A stretch of DNA of 64,000 nucleotides. It comes from a virus. Made by a program: the position numbers and the translations under genes. The notes under the pieces were generated by a model, which was not told where the DNA came from, ran no database searches, and saw only the letters and a program-made list of their open reading frames with translations. The DNA lies in the IMG/VR virus record IMGVR_UViG_3300050821_009430, positions 14,458 to 78,457 of that record, one strand, 5' to 3'. The stretch's first letter is position 1, and the number at the start of each line of letters is the position of its first letter. Shown one piece after another: positions 48,329 to 56,990 of this stretch.

Positions 48329-49351
48329 ATGTCTAAACGAGAGCGTGCAAAATTAACCGAATCCAAAAATGCCTATTTTGTTGAAGATAAAACAGACTAC
48401 AGTTTCGTTTCAAGCGGATGTACATTATTGGATTGTGTACTTGGTGGCGGCTTCCCACTTGGCAGAATAGTTAACATTGTCGGGGATAAGTCGACGGCAA
48501 AAACCGCATTGGCCACTGAAGCCCTTATCAACTTCAGTCAAATCTACCCTAACGGTGTAGCGGCCTACCGTGACACCGAGGCTGCCTTTGACCAGGGCTA
48601 CGCCAAAGCCATGGGGCTTGATCTTGACAAAGTTGATTTTGGAGACAAAGACGAACCGCTGATTACGGTTGAACAATTTTCCCATGACTTCGATGCATTC
48701 TTGGAAGCCCGGCTGAAAACCGAGACACCCGGTATTTATGTGGTTGACAGTCTTGATGCCCTTTCAGATGACGCTGAAATGGAACGTGATATTGAGAAGG
48801 GAACTTTTGGCGCTGCCAAGGCTAAGCTGCTGAGCATATTCTTCAGGAAGACAGCACACCGCATTGAACAAAGCAGGGTACTTCTCCTTGTTATTTCGCA
48901 AGTACGGGATAACATTGGGGCCATGTTTGGTGAGAAGCATAAGCGCTCCGGTGGCCGTGCTTTGGATTTTTATGCCTCCCAGATTCTTTGGCTGGCTCAT
49001 ATTGAAACTCTCAGGCGAGAGATCAGCAAGGTCAAGCGGCCGTATGGCGTAACCATCAAAGCCAAATGCAAAAAGAATAAAGTGAGCCTGCCATTTCGTG
49101 ACTGTGACTTCCAATTTATTTTTGGATACGGAGTTGAAGACCTGGGGGCCAGTGTTGAATGGCTCAAGGAAATTGGGCGTTTGAAAGATGCAGGAATCAA
49201 CCCCACTCAAGTCAAGGATTACCTTAAAGGCATTGATGAAATGGATGTGGCTGAGTACAATAAAGAACGTGAAACCGTATCAGCAGCCGTCAAGCAAGCT
49301 TGGCGTGAAATTGAGACCAGTTTCCTGCCCAAGAGAGCTAAATACCAATGA
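48329..49351 (+). CDS. recA: RecA/UvsX-like recombinase
   Basis: LD.VLGGGFPLGRIV.IVGDKSTAKT, DTEAA, VVDSL.AL, ISQVR, SGGRALDFYAS, KNKV. Confidence 0.9.
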   Translation: MSKRERAKLTESKNAYFVEDKTDYSFVSSGCTLLDCVLGGGFPLGRIVNIVGDKSTAKTALATEALINFSQIYPNGVAAYRDTEAAFDQGYAKAMGLDLDKVDFGDKDEPLITVEQFSHDFDAFLEARLKTETPGIYVVDSLDALSDDAEMERDIEKGTFGAAKAKLLSIFFRKTAHRIEQSRVLLLVISQVRDNIGAMFGEKHKRSGGRALDFYASQILWLAHIETLRREISKVKRPYGVTIKAKCKKNKVSLPFRDCDFQFIFGYGVEDLGASVEWLKEIGRLKDAGINPTQVKDYLKGIDEMDVAEYNKERETVSAAVKQAWREIETSFLPKRAKYQ

Positions 49352-49788
49352 AGATAATTGCATTCGATCTTGGCAAAAACTTCGCTTGGGCGTGGCGGGA
49401 CAAAAAAGGCATTATTGCCAAAACGATAGAACTTCAGGGGATCAGATCACACAGATTAGGTGAATTGGCAAAGCTCTTACCTTCCATCTTTCATAAGCAT
49501 CAATTTGACGTGGCAGTCTACGAAACACCATTTGCCCGTGGCCGCGATGCAACACGATCACTGTGGGGAATAGCCGGTATTATTGAAGCTTGCGCCACCA
49601 ACGCAAACATTGCAGTTCTTGACGTGGCAACCCCAACCATCAAAAAGTTTGCCACTGGGCATGGCAAAGCCCCCAAGGATGGGATGATTGAAGCATCACG
49701 TAAATTTGGGTACACAAACAATAACGAACACGAAGCCGATGCGGTATGTTTGCTCGCCTACGCCGAAGCAAATTGTGAGTTAGGATGA
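49348..49788 (+). CDS. RuvC-like Holliday junction resolvase
   Basis: IIAFDLG, VYETP, TIKKFATGHGKA.K, EHEADAV. Confidence 0.85.
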   Translation: MKIIAFDLGKNFAWAWRDKKGIIAKTIELQGIRSHRLGELAKLLPSIFHKHQFDVAVYETPFARGRDATRSLWGIAGIIEACATNANIAVLDVATPTIKKFATGHGKAPKDGMIEASRKFGYTNNNEHEADAVCLLAYAEANCELG

Positions 49789-50780
49789 ATTTTCTGATTT
49801 CAACCGATCTGCATCTGTCTGACCGCCCTCGTGACGCTTACAGGTTTGGCCTTTTCAAATGGATAATAAAGCAACAAGAAAAGTATAACATCGATGCTAC
49901 TTTTTTCTTAGGTGATATGACGGAGAACAAAGACCGTCACTCCTCAACCTTAGTAAATAAGATAATTGATGAATTGACCGGCTTAGAGCCCCCTATTTAT
50001 ATTCTCAGGGGCAATCATGATGGCACTTCGCCCAATAGCCCATTCTTCAAATTCCTGAATTGTATTGAAGGGCTTCGTTTTATCATCCAGCCAACCTACA
50101 ACAAAAAGCTGGATACAGTTTTCATGCCTCACTGTGCCAGCCAAGCTATTTTTGATAGTGCTTGCAAGGAGATGCCACATAAACCCAACATGTTTCTAGC
50201 TCATAATACGTTCGATGGGGCCGTAGCTGAAACCGGGGCACGTTTAACGGGCTTACAAGCCTCACCCATTGAGGCTTTGAAACCAGCTAGGGTGTATGCA
50301 GGGGACGTGCATGTACCTCAGCAGTGCGGCCCTGTGGCCTACGTAGGGGCACCTTATCACGTAAGGTTTGGTGACTGCTTCACGCCACGGGTGCTATTGA
50401 TCAAAAACAACCAAGAAACCGATCTACACTTTGATTGCCCACGCAAGCTGACCCTGAGTGTGCACGATGCAAAAGATATAGTCAATAATTGTGAGTTACG
50501 ACGTGGTGATCAAGTCAAGCTGATTATCGAAACGCCCCGTGAGGATGCTACGGGATGGCAAGCCAATAAAAATCGTATCCTTGCTGCCTGCCGCGATCTT
50601 GGTCTTGAGGTCTTTGGGGTAGAACTAAAATTGAATGAGCCAACCGAGCTTAAACATATCAAGCCAGAAGAATACCCCCACAAAAAATCCCCGCGTGATA
50701 TTCTTAAATTGTATTGCAAAGCCGAAAGTACCCCGGCTAATATCAGGCAAGCGGGTTTTGATTTACTAGGCGATAAATAA
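49785..50780 (+). CDS. SbcD/Mre11/gp47-like nuclease
   Basis: TDLH, LGD, GNHD, AH, GDVH, YVGAP.H..FGD. Confidence 0.9.
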   Translation: MNFLISTDLHLSDRPRDAYRFGLFKWIIKQQEKYNIDATFFLGDMTENKDRHSSTLVNKIIDELTGLEPPIYILRGNHDGTSPNSPFFKFLNCIEGLRFIIQPTYNKKLDTVFMPHCASQAIFDSACKEMPHKPNMFLAHNTFDGAVAETGARLTGLQASPIEALKPARVYAGDVHVPQQCGPVAYVGAPYHVRFGDCFTPRVLLIKNNQETDLHFDCPRKLTLSVHDAKDIVNNCELRRGDQVKLIIETPREDATGWQANKNRILAACRDLGLEVFGVELKLNEPTELKHIKPEEYPHKKSPRDILKLYCKAESTPANIRQAGFDLLGDK

Positions 50781-50785
50781 TTGCT

Positions 50786-50908
50786 TTAATCTGGTGGATA
50801 AGTAAACCATGAACATGGGCTCGGTTCTATTATTTCCGCTTGCCACGCCAGCAATAGTGCAGCAACAATAACAATTGGCACACCAACGTAAATCCAAGTC
50901 CAGATCAC
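50786..50908 (-). CDS. small membrane peptide (40 aa), end of the late operon
   Basis: Hand translation MIWTWIYVGVPIVIVAALLLAWQAEIIEPSPCSWFTYPPD; GTGA overlap. Confidence 0.4.
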   Translation of the reverse strand: MIWTWIYVGVPIVIVAALLLAWQAEIIEPSPCSWFTYPPD

Positions 50909-51711
50909 GCGCCGGCCAAACGAACGTGGTGACGATGTGCATAGTGGATACGCTGACGCGGCTCTTCACGCTCTTTCGTTGCGATGTAAATGACCGGCGG
51001 CAATGGTGAAACTCGCGTTGGCGTGATCGCGGCCCCGTTCGGCCCAATGTGCAGGAACGCTTGCCCAGCTTCCTCAATCATCGCCAAAACTTGGCGTTTG
51101 AACTCAGCCCATCGGCTACGGTCGATTACAACACAGCCGGCGCTCGCCATGTGCGAAGCCGGGTGAAGCTCGATGCCCTCACGGTCACGGCCAAGCTGCG
51201 GATCGTAGATTGAATCGTTGTTCAGCCCTATCGCCCCATGGCGGCTTCCCCATGAGCCTACTGCTTCCGGTGTGATCTTGACCGTGCCGAGTGGGATCGA
51301 CCAGCCATGGCCCCCGCTGGCAAACTCATAGGTGCTATCGCCAATAGTCAAAGGGCCTTCCAGGCGCTTAGGGCGTCCCTGTATGACCTTGGGGAGTGGA
51401 GCTGATAAGCCGTCCTCCCAGCCCTCAGGAATGCCCAGAATGGCTCCCAAGGCTACCATAGCAGCGTCTACAGGGGCTTGGATAAGCGACGGCGCGGTAT
51501 AGTAGATTTCTGGCCTAGCGCGCCTTGGGGCTTCGTGACGGGCTTCCCTATGCCTACGGGCATGCCAGATTGCCTTTACTGGGGTATCTATGGCGTATGA
51601 GGGGGTAGCCGCCACATCAATACACACCGTCTGTGCCTCAATCGGGTGCCGGGAAGCAAAAGCCGGCGTTACTAGAAACAATGCAAGGGCAGCCGAAATA
51701 AAATAATTCAA
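50905..51711 (-). CDS. secreted Tlde1/DUF2778-like L,D-transpeptidase-fold protein
   Basis: Signal peptide (TPAFA); YEFASGG...SIPLGT, R.GIELHP.....SAGCV (His/Cys catalytic motif). Confidence 0.7.
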   Translation of the reverse strand: MNYFISAALALFLVTPAFASRHPIEAQTVCIDVAATPSYAIDTPVKAIWHARRHREARHEAPRRARPEIYYTAPSLIQAPVDAAMVALGAILGIPEGWEDGLSAPLPKVIQGRPKRLEGPLTIGDSTYEFASGGHGWSIPLGTVKITPEAVGSWGSRHGAIGLNNDSIYDPQLGRDREGIELHPASHMASAGCVVIDRSRWAEFKRQVLAMIEEAGQAFLHIGPNGAAITPTRVSPLPPVIYIATKEREEPRQRIHYAHRHHVRLAGA

Positions 51712-51720
51712 GACTTCCTC

Positions 51721-52128
51721 CTATTGTGCACATACCCACGTTGATTGGCTCATCCCCAATGCTCGAAATGCCGCTGGGCTTAAGTCAAGACGGACACCCG
51801 CGCTCCACGCAGCACCAAATGGTCCATGGTCATTTATCCTTACGGTTATGGCGTAGCCAGTACGGGGATTGCGAACTGTGACGTGCTCGCCGATAGCCCA
51901 ACCGCCGGGGGTGCGGGACGCGGCGGTAAGTGCGGAATGATCGAAGCGCTCCCCGCTCGCGGTCCATTTTCCGGTGTTGTAGAAACTAGCCCCGACCTCG
52001 CGAGTGCCACCACACTGGCCGGTAGGATGGACATGCAGTCGGAAATATTCCCATCCTTGCGCATACGATATTGCCGTGCCAAGTAGCATCACCGCGAAGA
52101 TCGTGATGGCAATCCATAGAAGTCTCAT
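51721..52128 (-). CDS. RlpA-like double-psi beta-barrel lytic transglycosylase
   Basis: Signal peptide; ASFY....TASGERF....LTAA...VTV.N......VRINDHGPF...LDLS.AAF.ALG. Confidence 0.85.
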   Translation of the reverse strand: MRLLWIAITIFAVMLLGTAISYAQGWEYFRLHVHPTGQCGGTREVGASFYNTGKWTASGERFDHSALTAASRTPGGWAIGEHVTVRNPRTGYAITVRINDHGPFGAAWSAGVRLDLSPAAFRALGMSQSTWVCAQ

Positions 52129-52514
52129 TGTGGGGCTTCCTTTGGTCTGGAGCGGGGGAGGGGCGGAAATGGCTCGACGTGAACGCTGCCAAGGCCACCT
52201 AAATGAAGCGCCTTACCGACTGCTATCGAGCAATCCAATTCTCGGCCCTTCAACCATGGGCCACGATCCGTGATTGTGATTTCAGCGGCATTGTTGCCAT
52301 GGCGCAAGTACAGTTTCGATCCAAACGGCAGATTGTGATGAGCACAAGTCATGGCTTCCGGGTCATAACGTCGGCCACTACTGGTCTGGTAATCGTTGCG
52401 CGGAACAATGCCGTCTCCTGGAGCGTAGGTTGAAGCAATGACGGTGCCAGCCATCGCACAAACCGGGACAAGCAAAAGTACCGCCGCAGTGAGCGTCGTT
52501 GATAAAAGTCTCAT
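52125..52514 (-). CDS. RlpA-like double-psi beta-barrel lytic transglycosylase
   Basis: ATG 52514, signal peptide; ASTY...TSSGRRYD..AMTCAH..LPFGS...ITDRGPW..GRELD.S. Confidence 0.85.
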   Translation of the reverse strand: MRLLSTTLTAAVLLLVPVCAMAGTVIASTYAPGDGIVPRNDYQTSSGRRYDPEAMTCAHHNLPFGSKLYLRHGNNAAEITITDRGPWLKGRELDCSIAVGKALHLGGLGSVHVEPFPPLPRSRPKEAPQ

Positions 52515-52537
52515 GTTTTGGGTTTCCGCTCGCTCTC

Positions 52538-52621
52538 CTAGCCGATATTCAGGCCGGTCGGCATTTGATGGCCACATGAAGTGAGCAGCGCGGCGAGCGC
52601 AATGATAGCAACTATTCGCAT
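52538..52621 (-). CDS. 27-aa lipoprotein (lipobox LTSC)
   Basis: Hand translation MRIVAIIALAALLTSCGHQMPTGLNIG; SD-like AGGGG upstream. Confidence 0.55.
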   Translation of the reverse strand: MRIVAIIALAALLTSCGHQMPTGLNIG

Positions 52622-52679
52622 GGTATTAACCCCTGTGCTAGTTTGCCAAGGGCATTTTACAAAACTGTCATGGGCCAGG

Positions 52680-53084
52680 TCAACCCCGATGGATTAGAAC
52701 CGACGCAATGAGCATGGCCGTGCCGAGCGCACCAACAATATAGGCCCCTACAGTTCCCCAATTGCGCCCGGACAACTCCGATACCGTATCCTTTAGATCG
52801 GTTATCTTGGTATCGAGGTTTTCAATCTGCTTTGCGAACGACGCTTCCATTTTGTCATTTGCAAGCGTATTGCTATCGTTCTGCTGTTTCACCAACTCTT
52901 GAGCCGCCTTGAGCGCAGCAGCAAGCGCCGTATCGCGACCAGCAAATTTTTCAATAACCAATTCCCGAAAGCCGTTTAGCTTTACGTCGAAAATCTCTTT
53001 CAGTTCGGTCTTTGCAAGAGCAACCGCATCCGTCGTCAGCTTTGTCGGATCAGGTACGGGGACGGACCCGGTATTCTGCTCCAT
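52680..53084 (-). CDS. coiled-coil protein with C-terminal TM helix (lysis accessory)
   Basis: ALAAALKAA..LVKQQN...K.E....KQI...DLKD.V; terminal hydrophobic helix. Confidence 0.65.
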   Translation of the reverse strand: MEQNTGSVPVPDPTKLTTDAVALAKTELKEIFDVKLNGFRELVIEKFAGRDTALAAALKAAQELVKQQNDSNTLANDKMEASFAKQIENLDTKITDLKDTVSELSGRNWGTVGAYIVGALGTAMLIASVLIHRG

Positions 53085-53099
53085 CGGGATAGCCTGCCG

Positions 53100-53567
53100 T
53101 CAAGATGTGGCCGCGACCGGCACTCCGGTGGCGCTCGGGGCCACCGCACTCGATTGTGCCTGCGAAGTCGCTATCTGCGCAGTCTTGAGCCCCTGATAGG
53201 CCGCAGTGCCGGCAGCGACCGCCTGCTGTACTGCACTTTTATTTCCAGCGGCTGCTTGCTGCGCGGCGGCGATAGCGGCGTTAACGAGAGTTGTTCCTTC
53301 ATTCAGCGCAGCCGCAGCGGCCATGACGGGGGCCGGGACACCGATACCAAGAGATGCCACAACGCCGACGAGTCCAAGCACGTCGGTAGATATTTCCTGC
53401 CCATGGGCACTCATCCATGGCAGAGCCTTATTGACTAGCCAACTTGCGGCGGCTGTAATATCAGCCTCAACCGCCGTTTCAATTTTGGGAAGCGTGACAG
53501 AGAAAAACTGGACCACATCGGTTTCGATAATTCCCAGTCGGGCCTCGGTATCGGACAGAAAGCTCAT
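53100..53567 (-). CDS. Ala-rich hypothetical protein of the lysis cassette
   Basis: ATGA-coupled; SD AGGAG. Confidence 0.6.
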   Translation of the reverse strand: MSFLSDTEARLGIIETDVVQFFSVTLPKIETAVEADITAAASWLVNKALPWMSAHGQEISTDVLGLVGVVASLGIGVPAPVMAAAAALNEGTTLVNAAIAAAQQAAAGNKSAVQQAVAAGTAAYQGLKTAQIATSQAQSSAVAPSATGVPVAATS

Positions 53568-53779
53568 TTTAATGCTCCTAAGAGGTTCATGATGTCGGGG
53601 CTGAGTGTATCATAGATACCTTGCGCCTCTTTCTCAATCGGTATCAACGCATTGATGTGTGGTTCTGCTTGTTGGAGCAGAACTTGAAGTCTCTGGATTT
53701 TTGGGATGTCCGCTTCAAGCTTTTGAACAAGCTCGAAAGGGATTTTCGATGCAATCCCCGCAATATCGAAAATGTTCAT
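53564..53779 (-). CDS. hypothetical protein
   Basis: ATGA-coupled. Confidence 0.6.
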   Translation of the reverse strand: MNIFDIAGIASKIPFELVQKLEADIPKIQRLQVLLQQAEPHINALIPIEKEAQGIYDTLSPDIMNLLGALK

Positions 53780-54207
53780 GATGACTTCACTTTCGGTCCT
53801 GACGCATCCGCAGTGATTTGAGACGTAATCACTTTGCTGACGTTTGGCACGGCTGCAACGATAGCATTCGCGGCAGTAACCGCTGTAGCAGCCGAAGGTG
53901 TCTCGACGATGACTGTATTCGGCTGCGCCGCGATGATGGATTGTTTTTGATTTTCGGGACGGGCCGAGTTCCAGCCCAGTTTGCCAATCACAAACATAAC
54001 AACCGGGAAGGCAAGACCGGCAAGCACATAACTGTCGCCGACCAATTGCTGTAGATCAGTGAGAACCTTTTGTGCGGCATCAACGAGGGCATGAACATTA
54101 GCCGCAGGAAATGCGCCAGCAGCGACAACCATAGCGCCGATTGTAGCGGCGGACTGCCCAGTATAGCGTATGGCCGTATTGATTTGGCCTTGCGTCGGCA
54201 TTTCCAT
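53776..54207 (-). CDS. putative holin
   Basis: SD CAGGAG, ATG 54207; two hydrophobic segments; lies in the lysis cassette. Confidence 0.5.
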   Translation of the reverse strand: MEMPTQGQINTAIRYTGQSAATIGAMVVAAGAFPAANVHALVDAAQKVLTDLQQLVGDSYVLAGLAFPVVMFVIGKLGWNSARPENQKQSIIAAQPNTVIVETPSAATAVTAANAIVAAVPNVSKVITSQITADASGPKVKSS

Positions 54208-54209
54208 AA

Positions 54210-54794
54210 TCACGCTCCTGCCAATTGTTTGATTTCCGAGAAAATGATGTCTTGCGCCAAGCCCCAATCGTCCGGGTGAGGTGCTTCAATCTGAACGTAG
54301 CGGACCCATGTATTGCCATTGTTACCGAGCCGCCATTTACCGTCATCGAGGCTTTCACCATCGGCAACCGTAGGCGGTGAATCGAGCGGCAACGGGTAAT
54401 CTCCCAAGCCTGCCGTCTGCCACCACACCGGATTGAACACTAGAAGCGCGCGTCGGCAGTTGCTTGAAACCGACGTATGTTGGCCCCATACGCTACCCTG
54501 GAAACCGCCGATAAAATCAACAGCTCGCTTGCCCTCAAGGTTATGAAGATCGCTGCCGAGCGCGTTATCACCGAGACTGTCACCCACCATCGCTATCTTG
54601 TCGGTCTTGGGAAAGCGCATGATGTCGTCAAAGCGAGATTGACCGGCACTCCAGACATAAGGGCTGCTCATTACATCGGTGTTCGGCACCGCGCGTAGGC
54701 GCTTTATTAGATAGTTCTCACCATATCCGCCGCTCGCGGAATCATCAACGACAGAGCCACCCAATCCGAAGGAAATCGTAACGTGAACTGTCAT
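54210..54794 (-). CDS. alpha/beta-hydrolase (lipase/cutinase-like)
   Basis: FGLGG oxyanion region, nucleophile elbow VGDSLG (GxSxG), C-terminal His (APHPD). Confidence 0.6.
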   Translation of the reverse strand: MTVHVTISFGLGGSVVDDSASGGYGENYLIKRLRAVPNTDVMSSPYVWSAGQSRFDDIMRFPKTDKIAMVGDSLGDNALGSDLHNLEGKRAVDFIGGFQGSVWGQHTSVSSNCRRALLVFNPVWWQTAGLGDYPLPLDSPPTVADGESLDDGKWRLGNNGNTWVRYVQIEAPHPDDWGLAQDIIFSEIKQLAGA

Positions 54795-55378
54795 GCCGCC
54801 TCTGCAAATTTAATCGAGGGATCGAGCGTCATCATGGATTTTAGCATCGCCGCACAGCCAATTTGCTGGTCCCATACGGTAGCTGACCATTGGCGGTCTG
54901 CAATGTACTTGCCTTCCTGCTCAATGTTTGTTGCCCCCCAATCGTAAGGAGATGCTTCGTTATGATACTGCTCGTAACCAGTGCCGTTGTATAGCACCAA
55001 GAGCGTCAGCGTGCCACCAGCCGTCCAGTCTTTCCATTTTGCTGCGTAGGGAGCACACCGCGTCAGAGAGAAAACAGCAGCATCAATGAAACTTTGGAAC
55101 GGCCCGATGCCTCTAGGCTGATGCGTCGATATCTGATTCCAAGGATCACCTTGCGCAAGGCTGCACGCGAAGTTTTGAGACGCTTCGCGTTCGTGGATGA
55201 CGGCAATAACCCACCACGGAACGCTGGTTGTCGTTTCAATCTGTTGGTAGAGCGCTTTGGCCTTCGGAGCCACGAGAGCGGCGGCCACGCGCTCAACCTC
55301 TAGCTCACGGCTAGGTGTTATCTGGCATTTCTGCCAGCGCGACTCGTTCAGAACAATGAGATCCGGGATGCCGGTCAT
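54791..55378 (-). CDS. endolysin, lysozyme-like family
   Basis: VPWWVIAVIHEREASQNF...LAQGDPW..IS...PRG.GPF..F.DAA, YNG.GY, SPY.W.AT....GKY..D...D.QIGCAAML. Confidence 0.85.
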   Translation of the reverse strand: MTGIPDLIVLNESRWQKCQITPSRELEVERVAAALVAPKAKALYQQIETTTSVPWWVIAVIHEREASQNFACSLAQGDPWNQISTHQPRGIGPFQSFIDAAVFSLTRCAPYAAKWKDWTAGGTLTLLVLYNGTGYEQYHNEASPYDWGATNIEQEGKYIADRQWSATVWDQQIGCAAMLKSMMTLDPSIKFAEAA

Positions 55379-55590
55379 TTCTTCTGTTCCGGCTTCTTTT
55401 CGTACTTGTCCTCAAGCTCTTTGACCTTGGCTTGCAACTGCACAATGGCCGCGTCGCGTTGCTCGATGGCCTGCGCCATACCATTGACCGCCGCGTCGAT
55501 TTGAATCGCCATCTGGCTCGGCGTTAGTGGCTGCTGAGCCAATGCCGACGTAACAATCAGAGCAACAAAAAGAGCGAAGATAAAGCGCAT
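55375..55590 (-). CDS. small secreted/membrane coiled-coil protein
   Basis: MRFIFALFVALIVTSALAQ followed by a coiled coil. Confidence 0.6.
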   Translation of the reverse strand: MRFIFALFVALIVTSALAQQPLTPSQMAIQIDAAVNGMAQAIEQRDAAIVQLQAKVKELEDKYEKKPEQKK

Positions 55591-55601
55591 GTAGCTTCCT
55601 T

Positions 55602-56990
55602 TCATCGCGCGATTCTGGATAGCGCGATTATGCCCGTTGTAGCCAAATACTCATCCGCCGCCAAGGTTGGATGAATTGCACCGAATGGACTGCTTCCCGT
55701 CAAAGCTACCCAATAAGGCGTCGTGCTGCAACATTGTGCTGAAAATGTCGCGCCGTCTTTCCAAACGATATTTCCTGACGACAAGGTACTTAACTGTGCC
55801 TCGATATCGAAGTAACTTCCGTTCGGTCCATTGGAGGACTGGCGAAGCCATGTATTAAAAGCAACGCGTTGCGCTTCGGTCGAGAGAACGGACTGACCGC
55901 CTGGGGTCGCCACCTGCGTTGCTGTTACTTGCGGCGTGAGGGTCGTGTGAAATATAGGTCCGTTGAAACCAATTGTGCCGCTGATTGGCACGCCACCTAA
56001 TGAACTGGCCTGCTGACCATACCAAATTTGTAGTTCATACGATTCTAGATTCGTTGCGCTCTGCCCATTTATGATATCGTTAGTTCCGTAGTTGTCGCCC
56101 ATGTGCGAGCAATATTTGTAGAGTGACTGCCGCACGGTGCTGTTCGAGACATAACGGCCATTCACCAAGTTGAAGTTGACATATTGACCAGCCTGAGTGC
56201 CTCCTATGCCCATCATAATATAGCCGTACTTTGGCCCGATGGTCATAGCCATCACGCCCATGTCGCCTACGGTATTTTGCCCGGCAAGAAAACCTTGTTG
56301 AATGCTATCGCCGATCAGACAGGCCGATGGCGCGGTAGTGTTTGCGACGATTGCCGCCGACGTTAGGATGCCCAAACTTCCTTGTCCGTGATTGCCTGTA
56401 ATCGCATCGCATGATGTTGTTTGGTCTGGCGTACCGACCCCAGCATCAAATTGATCACCAATTGCAGTATTTGTGCCGCCCGCTCCCGTTGCCCCGGCCG
56501 TGAACACATTGACCGACGTTGAATTGCCAGCAGCGCTAAAACTGTAGATGCGTTCGAAGAATTTCGTATTGGCCGGAATGCTGACACTGATCGGATCGGA
56601 AATTGGGTAGAGTGCATTCGAGGTAGTTACCGTAGACTGACCGCCCCACGTTACCTGCGTGCAAGTGCCGACTGGATATTCGATGCTGGCACGCGCCGAA
56701 TGGGACGTAAACACTCCTATAGTGCCATCGGCACTGCCTTCGTTATTGTTGAGTGTGATATTGAAGTTCTGCATAACAATTTGGAAACTAGTCTGGCTGG
56801 CCGGGAAAAAATGCGCCGCTCTGCTCATAACTGTTGCAGATGCGCCAGCGTCGTTTATTATTGAGCGGGTGGCGACCTGACCGAGATAGGTTGTGCCGCC
56901 GGGAAGGTTACCACAGCAGCCGATAGTCTGGGCATGAGCTAATTGGCTCAGCCCAATAAATGCGACGAATAAAATTAATAAGCGGCGCAT
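55602..56990 (-). CDS. SGNH/GDSL esterase with N-terminal signal peptide
   Basis: Block I IGDSI, II GIGG, III YGTND, V IHP; signal peptide LAHA-Q. Confidence 0.8.
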   Translation of the reverse strand: MRRLLILFVAFIGLSQLAHAQTIGCCGNLPGGTTYLGQVATRSIINDAGASATVMSRAAHFFPASQTSFQIVMQNFNITLNNNEGSADGTIGVFTSHSARASIEYPVGTCTQVTWGGQSTVTTSNALYPISDPISVSIPANTKFFERIYSFSAAGNSTSVNVFTAGATGAGGTNTAIGDQFDAGVGTPDQTTSCDAITGNHGQGSLGILTSAAIVANTTAPSACLIGDSIQQGFLAGQNTVGDMGVMAMTIGPKYGYIMMGIGGTQAGQYVNFNLVNGRYVSNSTVRQSLYKYCSHMGDNYGTNDIINGQSATNLESYELQIWYGQQASSLGGVPISGTIGFNGPIFHTTLTPQVTATQVATPGGQSVLSTEAQRVAFNTWLRQSSNGPNGSYFDIEAQLSTLSSGNIVWKDGATFSAQCCSTTPYWVALTGSSPFGAIHPTLAADEYLATTGIIALSRIAR

